The notes under the pieces are model-generated. The model did no database searches. It saw only the letters and a program-made list of their open reading frames with translations, and was not told the origin of the DNA. This document shows, one piece after another, positions 36,691 through 49,699 of a DNA stretch of 64,000 bases. The position numbers were made by a program, and so were the translations under genes. Position 1 is the stretch's first letter, and every line of letters begins with the position of its first letter. The stretch comes from Selaginella moellendorffii (Eukaryota > Plantae > Lycopodiophyta): NCBI RefSeq assembly GCF_000143415.4, contig NW_003314392.1, positions 158,390-222,389 on the forward strand. Direction: 5' to 3'.

Positions 36691-38494
36691 TGTAAGCGAC
36701 TAAATTTTCCATTCTACTTTAGTCACTTAACCACACCTCTGACCACTTGGAGGAGTCTCATTCACAACCTCCATAAGTCCAATCCAGGACTTGGGACTTG
36801 CTAGCCCTAAGAATGGCATCCATGCCACTCAACATTTGCACTTGGTCCAAGTGCTCCACGTGTCCGATCCCATGACCGACACTCAAAGGTACCACCGACA
36901 TAGCAGCCCGTTACGCTAAGGCCATGCCCAATCACCTTTGCCACACTGGTAGTCCAATACCACTTGCATCACCGTCTGGGCTCTCCAAGACTAGGCAAAC
37001 CATCCGTGAGTGGTCATCTCAGATCCACTCCTTAGCATCCTTAGGATGCCCACCGACAAGGGGAATAGCCTTCCCCAATATCCCTCTGTCAGTCCCCACT
37101 AAGTCCCTTTCTGCCCCTGGCCGTGTTTGCCAACACTGCCACTGGATCGAGACCCACAGGCCCGACCACTAAGTCCCACGGTCCTCTGGGACTTCCTCAC
37201 CACACGACTGTGTCCTTGGTCACTACCCCAGAGGACTGCTCCTCTTCCTTTCCACAGTCTGGGCCTTTGGGGCAACACTTCGGAACACCGTGGCCTTATG
37301 CGAGCCACCTGGGTACTCTCCCCGCCTTCTGCCCTTGGGTGCTCTAGCCATGGGCTTAGAGCGAGGTTCCGTTGAGCCACGCCTGGTATCCAAGTAGGTA
37401 GTGCCACCCACACTTGGACTGGGAGCATCGGCCAGTCGATCTCCCGGGGGAACTAGAGCCGGCTCTTGAACACTTCACCAAGCTACCCCGCTTGTCGGTC
37501 TGTGTTCACTCTAGTCTTGGACTTCCCAGTGGGCAGCTCATCACCCAACACTGGGTCCGGCCTTCCTGGGCCAAACTGGCCTTTCCTGGCCAAACTGGCT
37601 CCACTGCAGTCCTCCCCCTACTATACTTTTGGAGCTCACCAAACCCCCCAGGGTCTGGGAGACGAACGCTTTGGGCTTTCACCCTCTCAGGCTCCGGACT
37701 CGGACTCGGACTCGGACTCGGACTCGGACTCGGACTCGGATTCGGACTCGGACTCGGACTCGGGCTCGGGCTCAATCTCGGCCTCGGCCTCGGCCTCGGT
37801 CTCGGTCTCGGTCCCGATCTCGGTCTCGGTCTCGGTCTCGGTCCCGGTCTCGGTCTCGACTTCGGACTCCATCTCGGACTCCATCTCGGACTCCATCTCG
37901 GACTCCATCTCGGACTCCATCTCGGGTCCATCTCGGGTCCATCTCGGACTCCATCTCGGGTCCATCTCGGACTCCATCTCGGACTCCATTTCGGGTCCAT
38001 CTCGGGTCCACCTCGGACTCCATCTCGGACTCCATCTCGGACTCCATCTCGGGTCCATCTCGGACTCCACTTCGGACTCCAACTCGGGTCCATCTCGGGT
38101 CCACCTCGGACTCCACTTCGGACTCCATCTCGGACTCCATCTCGGGTCCGTCTCGGACTCCACTTCAGACTCCAACTCGGGTCCATCTTGGACTCCACTT
38201 CGGACTCCAACTCGGGTCCATCTCGGACTCCACTTCGGACTCCAACTCGAGTCCATCTCGGACACTCCCATGTGTCATGTGTTGGTCCTTTTGGGTCCCT
38301 TTTTGGAGCCTCGCCTTTTGCTCGCTTCGTGCTCGTTCCTCGAGCACTTCGTTGGGAGTTCCACTCCCGCTCTTGACTTTTCAAGTCGGAGCTTTTGGTC
38401 CAAACGTGTTACGCTCGTTTGGCTCTCGCTTCGGCCACTACCATGTGGCGCCCTTCCGGCTCCACTTTGGGGCCTAGGGATTTTGTGTCTCACA
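36691..38494 (-). repeat. LTR B (shared middle LTR, chimeric)
   Basis: PBS on its left and PPT on its right; left part matches LTR A and right part matches LTR C. Confidence 0.9.
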
Positions 38495-41400
38495 ACTCCA
38501 CCACCCATAGACAAAGTTCGATGTCCTCATCGAACGGTGAACCATTTTATAAAGTAACACCCGCATGTGTTACCATTTCCATCCTTGGCGCGTAGCCAAT
38601 ATTTGTCAATGGTGTGACATTGAAGGCTCACCATGCCTTCTCCATATTCGTCAATGGTTGGACATTGAAGGCTCACCATGCCTTTTGCATATCCTCTAAG
38701 GAGGGTAGTCTCTCCAACTTAGAGACTGATTGGACCACATGTAGTGGTTCTCTCCTTTTATTGGTTTAGTTCTCGCTAAACCTCTTAGAGACCCTTCTCT
38801 AAGTCAATCCCACTACTCCTTCTCGAGTAGTCTCAATTTCCATCTATTGAATGTTTGCACCTTGGAACTTTTACTCTTTTGACTTTTGGAAGTCACTTTC
38901 CTAGGTGTCTCCAACACCTTGCATTGCACAAATTGTGCAACTCCACTTCCCCATCCTAGGAAGCTCATTACTTGAGGGCACCATCTTCCTCTCTTCTATT
39001 TCGTGCCACCTTGGCACTAAGTTCCATTTATCATACTTTGTGCTAGGGCTGTCCATGGCCCTATCATTTGGCTACCTTACCGCTCCCTCCCTTGGAGCTT
39101 CTACTTTCGCCAAATCAAAGCAATTCAGAATCCCTCCTTGGAAACACACTTCCTTTCCTGCAACTTGTTAGCGTCCAACACATTAGTGTTCCTCCCCTAA
39201 CTTTGTCACTTGGATTCCTTCCAAGGGATTCCACGGCCCTATCTTGGCCACTCATCTTTTGCTCCTATCCGTTGATTGTTGCACCAAGCAACATCGAATC
39301 TCTACCTCCCTCCTTGAGGTATTCTTGTGATTCCATAGCAAAGGCTCTGCTTTGCCAAGACTAAGGTGTTCGCCCCTAGTAAGTCTCTTTAGCATCTTCT
39401 GCTGTGGGCTCTATCCACGGCCCAACTTTGTGACCCTCCCATGGGTCTCTTTAGAGACTACTTTCCTTGGACACACTATGCCATCGCAATGACATAGCTC
39501 ATTTCCCTAGGGTGCTTTTCCCACTTGGTCACCTTGACCAAGCCACACCATCATCAATAGTTCAAATCAACACTTTGAACTAGGAACCTTATTCCTTAAC
39601 CCAAACAAGGACCTTGTCCTTATTTAGCCACAAGATCACCTAGTGATCTCACCTCGGCACCTTAACAAGTTTGCCAATAGGTACTAGGTCTTCCAGACCT
39701 TTAATTTGTTAACTACAACCCTGGGGGCATCCCCCACACTTGGCGGTGCGCCCAAGCCAGCCCTTCCGGCCAAGGGTCCATAGCAACTGAGATTAGGTGT
39801 CCCCATCTCACTCACCACGTCCTTGGTGCCACTCACACCAAAGCGTTCAAGTTAGATATGCCGAGCTTTCACACTAAGCAATCTAACCGTGCATCACGAC
39901 TCCGAGGCATCCCTCGCTTGGCGGTGTGCCCAAACCAGTCTCCCCACTGAGAGTCCATGACCACCGAAATATGAGTGTCCTCATATTCCAAACTATCACC
40001 ACGCCCTAGTGATTTGGGACTCGAACCCAAGCACTAGAGGGTCGGGACTCGAACCCAACCTCCGTATATGCATCTACGGACGGCATCACACAAGATGCCT
40101 GGCGTGACTCCCCACACCGGTGCACCAACTTATTTTTATAGCGCGCTACAGATCACAGCTTAGGAACCTAGTTCCTCCACACTGCGAAGTCCTCTCACTT
40201 GACATGTCTGTGATCATGCATGGACTCCTCCATGCTCGGCCCCATGGCCCACCCTTTTTGAAGTTATCACCTTCAACTAGGGTATTTGTTCCCCCGACGT
40301 GCCAATCTCGCTTGGCAAGTCCTCCGACCACTGTAACATGGTTCCTGCATAAGCGTGAAAGTCTTTGACCATCGACTTTCGTTCAAAGCCCTCTCCTTGA
40401 ACACTCGGGAACTACTTCCCTAACCTTGATAGCCTTGCCTCATGGCAAGCTTCAAGACCACGCTTCTGCTGCGCCACTCTGATTTCGCGCGTTCCATGAA
40501 CCATTTACACTTGGCCTTTCTAGGTACTAAGCTACCTAGAATCGTCTTTGGGAACCTTGAAGGAACTCTGTCCCTCAGCTTGCTAAGGCCTCCCTTTTTG
40601 CAAGCCTTCCAAATGCCACATAGTCTAACATGGACAATTCCATATTTTAGACTTTCCATGGCATCACGGTTGCTAGCGGCAACACCCTCGAGCCCCCACT
40701 TGATTCTCCACTCCCAGCTGGCATAACCAACCTTGGTTATGCCCTTTGATTCCTACGGTTCGGTTCTATCCCCTTACTTCTTGCTTTTTGGCTTCACACC
40801 TTTCCTTTGGTCATTCTCCTCTAGACCAGGAGGATAGCTTTGCACTTTCTATCATGCTTTAGCAAGTATTCTTAGGGATGAACCTACCCAATAGCCTAGG
40901 GAGTGGTTCCTCAATCCGGGTATGCTCACCTTATAATCCCACACACTGGGATTACATTGTTGCTTATGGGCCTTTACATGCCCATCACTAGCCTTGCCAA
41001 AATTCCATTTTTGGCTTTGTCCAACTCGGGTAGACAGTCCTCTCCTGTCTCCGCAACCTTGGACATTTGGATAGCACCTTCTATCCATCATTCGCTAGGG
41101 ACTTAGTCCCTTGGGCTTTATCCATTGCCCTCGCGACATCAAACACCACCTTCTGGTGTTCTAGAGTGTTCGGGTGTCCCAATGATGGCTTTCTTGATAA
41201 TGAGTATTTCCTTTTATGACATTGACTTACTATATCGCAACACAAACAACTTATCCCCCGTAAGGGTATATCCAACTTCCCTATGCTATTAAGAAGTCTT
41301 GGGTAGCTACCTTCTACCCGTTTAACCAGTTATTTTGCATCTCTTGCTTAGTTGCCTCATAGTTGTCAAGTCCTACAACTCATTGCTTGGTGCTTTCACA

Positions 41401-42603
41401 CCTCCATCATTATCTGGGTCACCACACTCCAACTGCATGCTCTGCAGCTTAGGCTATGCTATTCCCATTTCCATTGGGATTCCTTTGGCAAGGGGTTCTC
41501 ATGAACCCACCAACATAGCCTCAAGGTATCACACCTTGGCACATTTGGTGTCTCCACACCATCGGCTCCACGAGCCTACCTCTATGACATTTCCCCTTCG
41601 TGTCTAAGTCTTTGCCAAGACCAACACCGCTCTTTCTCATGCCAACCATCCGTTAGCACTGCACCATAGAGGTCACACACAACTTTATGTCAAAGTTGTT
41701 TTCTTCTGGGAACACCTTTCCCATAACTTTAGCATGGCACATTTTGCCATCGATGAGATACCCTCTGTTCTCATCCTTGGATCCTATGATCCCCCCCATC
41801 TATCGTGGGGTACAACACACCTCAGTCCAAATGCTTCCATCAGTCCTTTTTAGGACCATCCGTTGACTCTACTTGAGTCATCTAGCAGTTTTTGACTTGG
41901 TTAATCCACAGACCCTTAAGGTCCTACTTGTGAGGCACTAGCTCACTGGAATACACTTCTTGCATTCCTGTCCTACTCAAAAGGACTATTTTCACAAGTG
42001 TTACTCCGACACTTGATTTTGTTCTCTGGGGGCAACTTTTGCCCCTTAGGACTACTTGTCCATGCGATGAGAATACCACTCATCTCTAAGTACACCCCCC
42101 AACTCCTTGGGTTGTTCCAGCATTTATTAAAGGTAGCCCCGGCTACCATTTCAAGGACTTGAGTCCTCTTCCGTATTTGACCTCCCACGGTCATTACCTC
42201 TGGTCTCACATTCATGAGCACCAACCTCAACTATATGAGGATAATCTTGTGACTCCTTTATTGTTTTGGAGTCTTTATCTTTCCCGTGATCCCAACTGTA
42301 GTTGTTTACCACAACTACATTAGCCAGTTTGCTAAGTCAAACGCTCATCTGGATCACATCCTCAACTCTTTGAGGAAAACCATATACTGTTCCCAAGATC
42401 CCAAAGTCGTTCCATTATTGGCCCTTTTCTATCCACCACCTTGTCTACAAGTTCACACATGAACTGTAATGGAGAGCCATATCTTCCCGACCTGCTACTC
42501 CTCAAGGATAGGCCCACTTCTCGGACTTTCCATTACCAACACTAGTGGTGATATACTTGAGCACCAATAAAAGTCGGACTAAGGAACAGCTCCGATACCA
42601 AGT

Positions 42604-44437
42604 TGTAAGCGACTAATTTTTCCATTCTACTTTAGTCACTTAACCACACCTCCGACCACTTGGAGGAGTCTCATTCACAACCTCCATAAGTCCAACTTAG
42701 GACTTGGGGCTTGCTAGCCCCGAGAATGGCATCCATGCCACTCAACCTTAGCACTTGGTCCAAGTGCTCCACGTGTCCGATCCCATGATCGACACCCCAA
42801 GGTACCACCAACGTATCGGCCCGTTACGCTAAGGCCATGCCCAATTACCTTGGTCACACTGGTGGTCCAACACCACCTGCATTCCAATCCCGTCTCTCAA
42901 AGACTGGGTCATCCGTCCATGAGGGATCATCCCAGATCCACTCCTTAACATCTTTAGGATGCCTACAGACATGGGGAATAGCCTTCCCCAATATCTCTGT
43001 TCCGGTCCCCACCAAGTCCCTTTCTGTCCTTGGCTGTGTTCGCCAAGACTGCCACTGGATCAAGGCCCACCGGCCCTACCACTAAGTCCCACTATCCTCG
43101 AGGACTTCCTCACTGTGTGACTGTGTCCTTGGTCACCCCACCAGAGGGCTACCCCTCTTCCTTTCCACAGTCTGGGACTTTGGGACACCATTTCGGAACA
43201 CCGTGGCCTTACGCGAGCCACCTGGGTACTCTTCCCACCTTTCGCCTTTAGGTGCTCTAGCCATGGGCTTAGAGCGAGGTTCCGTTGAGCCACGCCTGGT
43301 ATCCAAGTAGGTAGTGCCACCCACACTTGGACTGGGAGCATCGGCCAGTCGATCTCCCGGGGGAACTAGAGCCGGCTCTTGAACACTTCACCAAGCTACC
43401 CCGCTTGTCGGTCTGTGTTCACTCTAGTCTTGGACTTCCCAGTGGGCAGCTCATCACCCAACACTGGGTCCGGCCTTCCTGGGCCAAACTGGCCTTTCCT
43501 GGCCAAACTGGCTCCACTGCAGTCCTCCCCCTACTATACTTTTGGAGCTCACCAAACCCCCCAGGGTCTGGGAGACGAACGCTTTGGGCTTTCACCCTCT
43601 CAGGCTCCGGACTCGGACTCGGACTCGGACTCGGACTCGGACTCGGACTCGGACTCGGACTCGGACTCGGACTCGGATTCGGACTCGGACTCGGGCTCGG
43701 GCTCAATCTCGGCCTCGGCCTCGGCCTCGGTCTCGGTCTCGGTCCCGATCTCGGTCTCGGTCTCGGTCTCGGTCCCGGTCTCGGTCTCGACTTCGGACTC
43801 CATCTCGGACTCCATCTCGGACTCCATCTCGGACTCCATCTCGGACTCCATCTCAGACTCCATCTCGGGTCCATCTCGGGTCCATCTCGGACTCCATCTC
43901 GGGTCCATCTCGGACTCCATCTTGGACTCCATTTCGGGTCCATCTCGGGTCCACCTCGGACTCCATCTCGGACTCCATCTCGGACTCCATCTCGGGTCCA
44001 TCTCGGACTCCACTTCGGACTCCAACTCGGGTCCATCTCGGGTCCACCTCGGACTCCACTTCGGACTCCATCTCGGACTCCATCTCGGGTCCGTCTCGGA
44101 CTCCACTTCGGACTCCAACTCGGGTCCATCTCGGACTCCACTTCGGACTCCAACTCGGGTCCATCTCGGACTCCACTTCGGACTCCAACTCGAGTCCATC
44201 TCGGACACTCCCACGTGTCATGTGTTGGTCCTTTTGGGTCCCTTTTTGGAGCCTCGCCTTTTGCTCGCTTCGTGCTCGTTCCTCGAGCACTTCGTTGGGA
44301 GTTCCACTCCCGCTCTTGACTTTTCAAGTCGGAGCTTTTGGTCCAAACGTGTTACGCTCGTTTGGCTCTCGCTTCAGCCACTACCATGTGGCGCCCTTCC
44401 GGCTCCACTTTGGGGCCTAGGGATTTTGTGTCTCACA
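42604..44437 (-). repeat. LTR C (5' LTR of element 2)
   Basis: tgtaagcgac...tgtctcaca preceded by the PBS complement. Confidence 0.9.
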
Positions 44438-45580
44438 CTGAGGGGGAGACCAAGATCGAGACCGGGTCCAAGTTTGAGACCAAGACCGAGTTCAAGTCTA
44501 AGACTGAGATCGATTCTGAGTCCAAGTCTAAGTCCCAATCCGAATCTGAGTCTGAGTCCGAGTCCAAGTCCAAGTCCGAGTCTGAGGGTGAAAGCCCAAA
44601 GTGTTTGTCTCCCAAACCCTAGGGGGTTTGGTGAGGTCCAAAACTATAGTAGAGGGAGGACTCTAGTGGAGCCAGTTTGGCCAGGAAAGGCTAGTGTGAC
44701 CAAGAAAGGCTATACCCACATGTTAGAGGATGATATAACCATTAAAGAGTCCAAGGTTAGATTAAATACAGATAAACAAGCGGGGTAGTTTAATGAAGTG
44801 TTCAAGGGCTAGCTTTAGCTCCTTCAGGAGATTGAATGGTTGATGCTCCTAATCCAAGTGTGGGTGGCACTACCTACTTGAATACCTGGCATGGCTCAAC
44901 GGAACCTCACTCTAGCCCCATAGTTAGGGCACCCAAAGGTGGAAGGTGGGGAGAGTACCCATGAGGCTCGCGTAAGGCCACGGTGTTCCGAAATGTTGTC
45001 CCAAAGTCCCAAACGGTGAAAAGGAAGAGGAGTAATCCTTTAGTGCAGTGACCAAGGATACGGTCACATGGTGAGAAAGTCCCAGTGGATAGTGGGATTT
45101 GATGGTTGGGCCTGCGGGCCTTGATCTAGTGGTAGTGTTGGTGAATACGGCCACGAACAGAAAGGGACTTGGTGGGGACCGGAAAAGAGATATCGGGGAA
45201 GGCTATTCCCCTTGTCTGCAGGCATCCTAAGGATGCTAAGGAGTGGATCTGGGAGGATCACTCCTAGATGGATGGCCCAGTCTTTGAGAAACGGGACTGT
45301 GATGTAAGTGGTGTTAGACCACTGGTGTGACCAAGGTGAATGGGCATGGCCTTAGCGTAACGAGCTGATATGCCAGTGGTACTTTGGGGTGTCGGTCATA
45401 GGATCGGACATATGGAGCACTTGGACCAAGTGCAAAGGTTGAGTGGCATGGATGCCATTCTTGGGGCTAGCAAGCCCTGAGCCCTGAATTGAGCTTATGG
45501 AGGTTGTGAATGAGACTCCTCCAAGTGGTCGGAGGTGTGGTTAAGTGACTAAAGTAGAATAGAAAAATTAGTTACTTACA
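44438..45580 (+). mobile_element. Truncated LTR of the same family, opposite orientation
   Basis: Runs from the hexamer array to the LTR end ..aaaaattagttacttaca. Confidence 0.85.
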
Positions 45581-45589
45581 ATACAATTC

Positions 45590-45935
45590 TTTGATGCAAT
45601 GACCAAGGATACAGTCACATAGTGAAGAAGTCCTAGAGGATAATAGGACTTAATGGGCCTTGACCTAGTAGCGGTGTTGACGAGTACGACCATGGATAAA
45701 AAAGGACTTAGTGGGGACAATAGAAAGGATATTGGGGCAAGGTGTCCCCCATGTCTCTAGACATTCTAAGGGTGCTAAAGTGTGGTTAAGGGATGATCAC
45801 TTATGGACAGATGCCTTAGTGTTTAAGATATGGGACTGTGATGCAAGTGGTGTTTGACAACCAATGTGACAAAGGTGAATAAGCATGACCTTAGTATAAT
45901 GGGCTGATATGTCGGTGGTCCCTTTGGGTGTCGAT
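45590..45935 (+). mobile_element. Further degenerate LTR fragment of the same family
   Basis: gaccaaggatacagtcacat.. is colinear with 45051-45395. Confidence 0.7.
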
Positions 45936-47654
45936 ACTACAGTATCCCCCTGTAGTCTCTGCAATGATTAGTGCTTCTGCGCAATCAGAAGCACTAATTG
46001 AAGGAATGATGTCAGGAGAATTAGGTCAATGGAGCACAGAGCTAATGTGTCCCCCACTTACATAGGGTTCCCAAGGCTGTCTAGGTTGGGCTTGTGAGCA
46101 AGAGCACGCACTCCTTACCCTTTGCAATGATGTCCATCTTGGACAAGTCACACGCCCTTGTCTTCGTCTTGGTGCTCCTCGCCTTCCTCTCCCTCCTCGG
46201 CCTCCTGCACCTCATCTCGTGCCTTCTCAATTCCCTCTCAATAGCTCTGTGCTCCATTGACCTAATTCTCCTGACATCATTCCTTCATGCTTTTATTTAC
46301 AATCTTCTTCTTTACCTATAGCTAAAGGTCCAATACCCAATCTCAATTCTAAGAGATAAGAACACAGGTAATGTCGAAAGTTATGAGCTAAGTTTTAAAT
46401 CCTATTTTTTTCCTTTTTCCAAATAATCTCATGCAAGAAGAAAGCAAATTTATAAATTTAGACAATTTATATTTAAAGCCATTAATGGTTTAAACTTAGA
46501 TTTTAGTGTTGGGTAGGAACTCCCAAAAAAAACATTGTAAACCATGTCCATATCAAAAACCATTGTGTGCAACTGGTTTTTAGACATGGTTTCTCTAACA
46601 AAAACCATTGTGATTGTCCTTGTGGCTGAAAATCAGTTCATACCTTAAGTTTGCATGTCGGGTATACATAGAGCACTTCTACAGTGACAAGAAGGAAGCA
46701 GCTGCATCCGATTGTCATAAGCTGCTTCCCTGCCTGCTGGAGTTGTGAATGGGTTTGCGCCTCGAGGATCAGGTGATTGTTGAAATGCTGGGGAAGTGTT
46801 GGGCCTGTTTGCAAACCACATAGTCTGGATCACATACTCAGGGACAGACAAAGTTCTTCTTGCCGACAGCTGATTCTGCTGCGAGTCTAAAGTTTATGTT
46901 GTGAGAATAGCGATCCATGGAAACAAGAGTGTTTTGGAGGTCTGTGGTAGTCCATGTGGCAGAGGTACTCGCTCAGATCCCTTGCAGGTGACTGGCGTGC
47001 CTAGAGTGCTGCCCATTGTCCATGCACAAAGCGTTACCCAAAGTTCAAAGAGCATAGCGGCGCCCCAAGATTATACCTGCTATACAGGCCTGAGCCAAGC
47101 CAAGTGCTACGACCAAGCGGGACTCGTGGCAAAGGTTGGGATATAGAAGCGCACATCCCTCCAATGTTTCACTCTCTCGTTTGCTAGGCCGGGCCGAATT
47201 GCTCTCACTCCACACGGTGAGGAATGGAATCCATTTTACTCTTGAGTGAAAAGTACATAGTTTTTAAATTTACACTCGAATCAATTTCGACATGAAGACC
47301 TCGATGAAGCCCCACTTACTCTGCACCGTCTTTGTTGCGGATAACATCCCTGGCTTCATATGCCGCTAACGGTGGTTGTAGCCAGGCCTCGCAGGCGTTC
47401 GAGAAGATGGCATGGACGTGGTTTCAGGCAAGTGTGTTACCATGGTGTTCTCCCAAACTTTTCAAAGCTTTATTTACATTGAGGAACCTCGCAACCAAGA
47501 GCTTGCAATCGCCCAACAATCCATCTCTCTCGCCTGGAGCAGCACATACAAGAGTATGGCACAAACACATCCCACCGCGAGATTGGATCCCTGCGAGATG
47601 GCAATGCAGCAGAGCATCACAAACAAGTCCCTCCTACTAGTTTGATCCGGGCAC

Positions 47655-48856
47655 GCCATCGCCCCCCGGAGAAGAGCAGCAAGATCCCCAGCAGTCCCAC
47701 TGGAAAAGCTGGCAGAATTCTCACCAGTGAGCCCCCCAAGAGAAGCCCCAGCACAAGCTTGCCACCGCTACCCCACTCGTGGCTCCGAAACGATACTGCC
47801 CGGCCAGTCCTCCAGTGCCATGGCAAACCGGGAGAGCTCCAAACCAGCAGCCCACCAAGTTCATGAGCCCCATGCTCACCGAGACTTTGGTCGGAGTCAC
47901 GGCGTCCTTCTTGGCCGGGAAGAGATCGCTCGAGAGCTTGCAAACCGCCACCACCGAGTTGAGGATGGTGAGAGGGAGCTGCGGGATGGCGGCTCTCACA
48001 AACCGTCTTCCAGTCGTGGGAAGAGATTCGAGTGATCCGTGGCGTGGCCGGGCCAATTCGGGAGTCGTGGGGCTCCTTGAGAATGTGTGGCCTCCTCACG
48101 AACGCCAGGATGATCCCGAGCACGAACACTGCCAAGGCAGTCGGGATCCTCTGGAAAAACTTCACGAGCTTTGACGATCTCGCTTGATGTTCTTCACGGT
48201 GCTCTTCATGATCATCGTGATGACGATCACCTTCACTGTTCGTCACGAAGTACTCGTAGCCCTTGCCGGATCCATTCACCAGCACGATGAATGCGAAGCA
48301 AATCACTGCGAGGAGAATTCCATCCAAGCCCAGCCATGGTCGATCACCCATTGCCTTGTCCCTAGAGAGATTTTGATCCTTCATCACGTACTTGACAGCC
48401 TTGACCGCGAAAGAGCCCATGCGCAAGCTGGATGCCAAGAACCACCGGCAATGGCACGATCCAAGCCACGACCCGTGATCAAGCCCGTGGTTCCAAGCAC
48501 AAACACGATCGCAGACACAGTGATCCCCGCGGCCATGATCTCATCCACACTGAGATGCTTGGATTCGGTGAAGGCCACCGCCGCGATGGATTTCATGGGC
48601 TGGACAGGCATTGGCACGCCAAAGAGCACGCTGGTGAGAACGTTGTAGATGCTCGTGGCGATGAGAGACCAAGATCCATGCCACTGACGAGAGCTACAGC
48701 CATGACGATCGGGATGAATGTGCCCAGGTCGCCCAGCGAGCCACAGAGCTCCTGCCATGGCCACCTGCACTGGAGATTGCCGCGCAGCCCTGTGCCATCA
48801 CTGGGAGAATCCACCGCTTCTCCCTTCCTCCATGGATGGGCGCCACTGACCTCCAA
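47655..48856 (-). pseudogene. MOT1: Molybdate transporter (MOT1/MOT2 family), frameshifted
   Basis: ELCGSLGDLGTFIPIV, FGVPMPVQPMKSIAAVA, AAIPQLPLTILNSVVAVCKLS, PVCHGTGGLAGQYRFGA and FPVGLLGILLLFSG are spread over several frames. Confidence 0.9.
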
Positions 48857-49084
48857 GAACCCTAAATTTATAATCCAAAAGCTGGCTCTTGTAATTTACC
48901 AAGCGACCATTGGAAATGAGCAAAGAATTTTCTCTTTAATAATACATGATGATCTGTCAAAGAATACCCTCTTTAATCACGAGGACACAGAATCTACACT
49001 CACACTATTTTCAAACAAAATTGCTACTATTTGCTAGTAGAATTCCTAGAATCTACACTTAAAGCTTGTTCTAGCACAACACCA

Positions 49085-49520
49085 TGAGATCTTTGTCCTC
49101 AATTTCTAGATTTTGCTCCCAGCAAGCACATCCAATCCACTGAAACTGGCTTATAAGGCATGCTCCTCACAAGTTCCTCGGCCTCTTCCACACACCCAGC
49201 TCGCCCCAAGCAATCCACCATGCAGTGGCAAGATGCCCTTCTTGGGCGTGTGCCAAGAACACAATGACCCACAAGTGGCAATCACATCGCTCCATGGAGT
49301 CAAACACTGCTTGTGTGCGCTGGATCTTGCCCAGCTTGCCATACCAAAGGATGACGAGATTGGAGAGGTAGCAGCAATCGCCAGGCAGCATTTGCTTCTG
49401 GGCAATCTCGATCCGGGAATGGGCATCGATCGCCTGCGAGGAATTGGTCGTGGAAGTGATGAGATCCACACACTTGGACTTGGACAGCATCAGTTTCTCT
49501 CGACACCGAAGCTAGCCTCT
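49085..49520 (-). pseudogene. PLS-class PPR gene remnant (internally deleted)
   Basis: NLVILWYGKLGKIQRTQAVFDSM and CMVDCLGRAGCVEEAEELVRSMPYKPVSVDWMCLLGA. Confidence 0.8.
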
Positions 49521-49699
49521 CATGAGATTAGGGAGAAGGGAGAGATTAGAGAAATTCTCAATGGCATCCTTCCGAAGTAGCGCTTCCTAGATCCCCTAGC
49601 TTGGTTTGTTCATTCTAGTGAGCTAACGCATTGCAAAGAGCTTTTCCTAGCTGCCTTCAAGGCACTATAGATAGGAATAGAAATAAAGTATATAACTTG

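Larger units (their letters stand above)
16532..44437 (-). mobile_element. Tandem LTR-internal-LTR-internal-LTR of a non-autonomous (LARD-like) LTR retrotransposon, with nested insertions
   Basis: LTRs at 16532-18264, 36691-38494 and 42604-44437 (t[ga]taagcgac...gtctcaca). tRNA-iMet PBS (gctccgatacca) at about 36676-36687 and 42589-42600. PPT (actccaccaccca) follows 18264 and 38494. The ~4.1-kb internal regions have no recognisable long ORF. Confidence 0.9.

Noticed and set aside
16527-44442. TSD for the whole three-LTR structure
   Set aside because: The flanks tgcag and ctgag do not match.
47290-47640. Second PPR remnant on the + strand
   Set aside because: Only a weak SYAANG..AFEKM resemblance; too degenerate to call.
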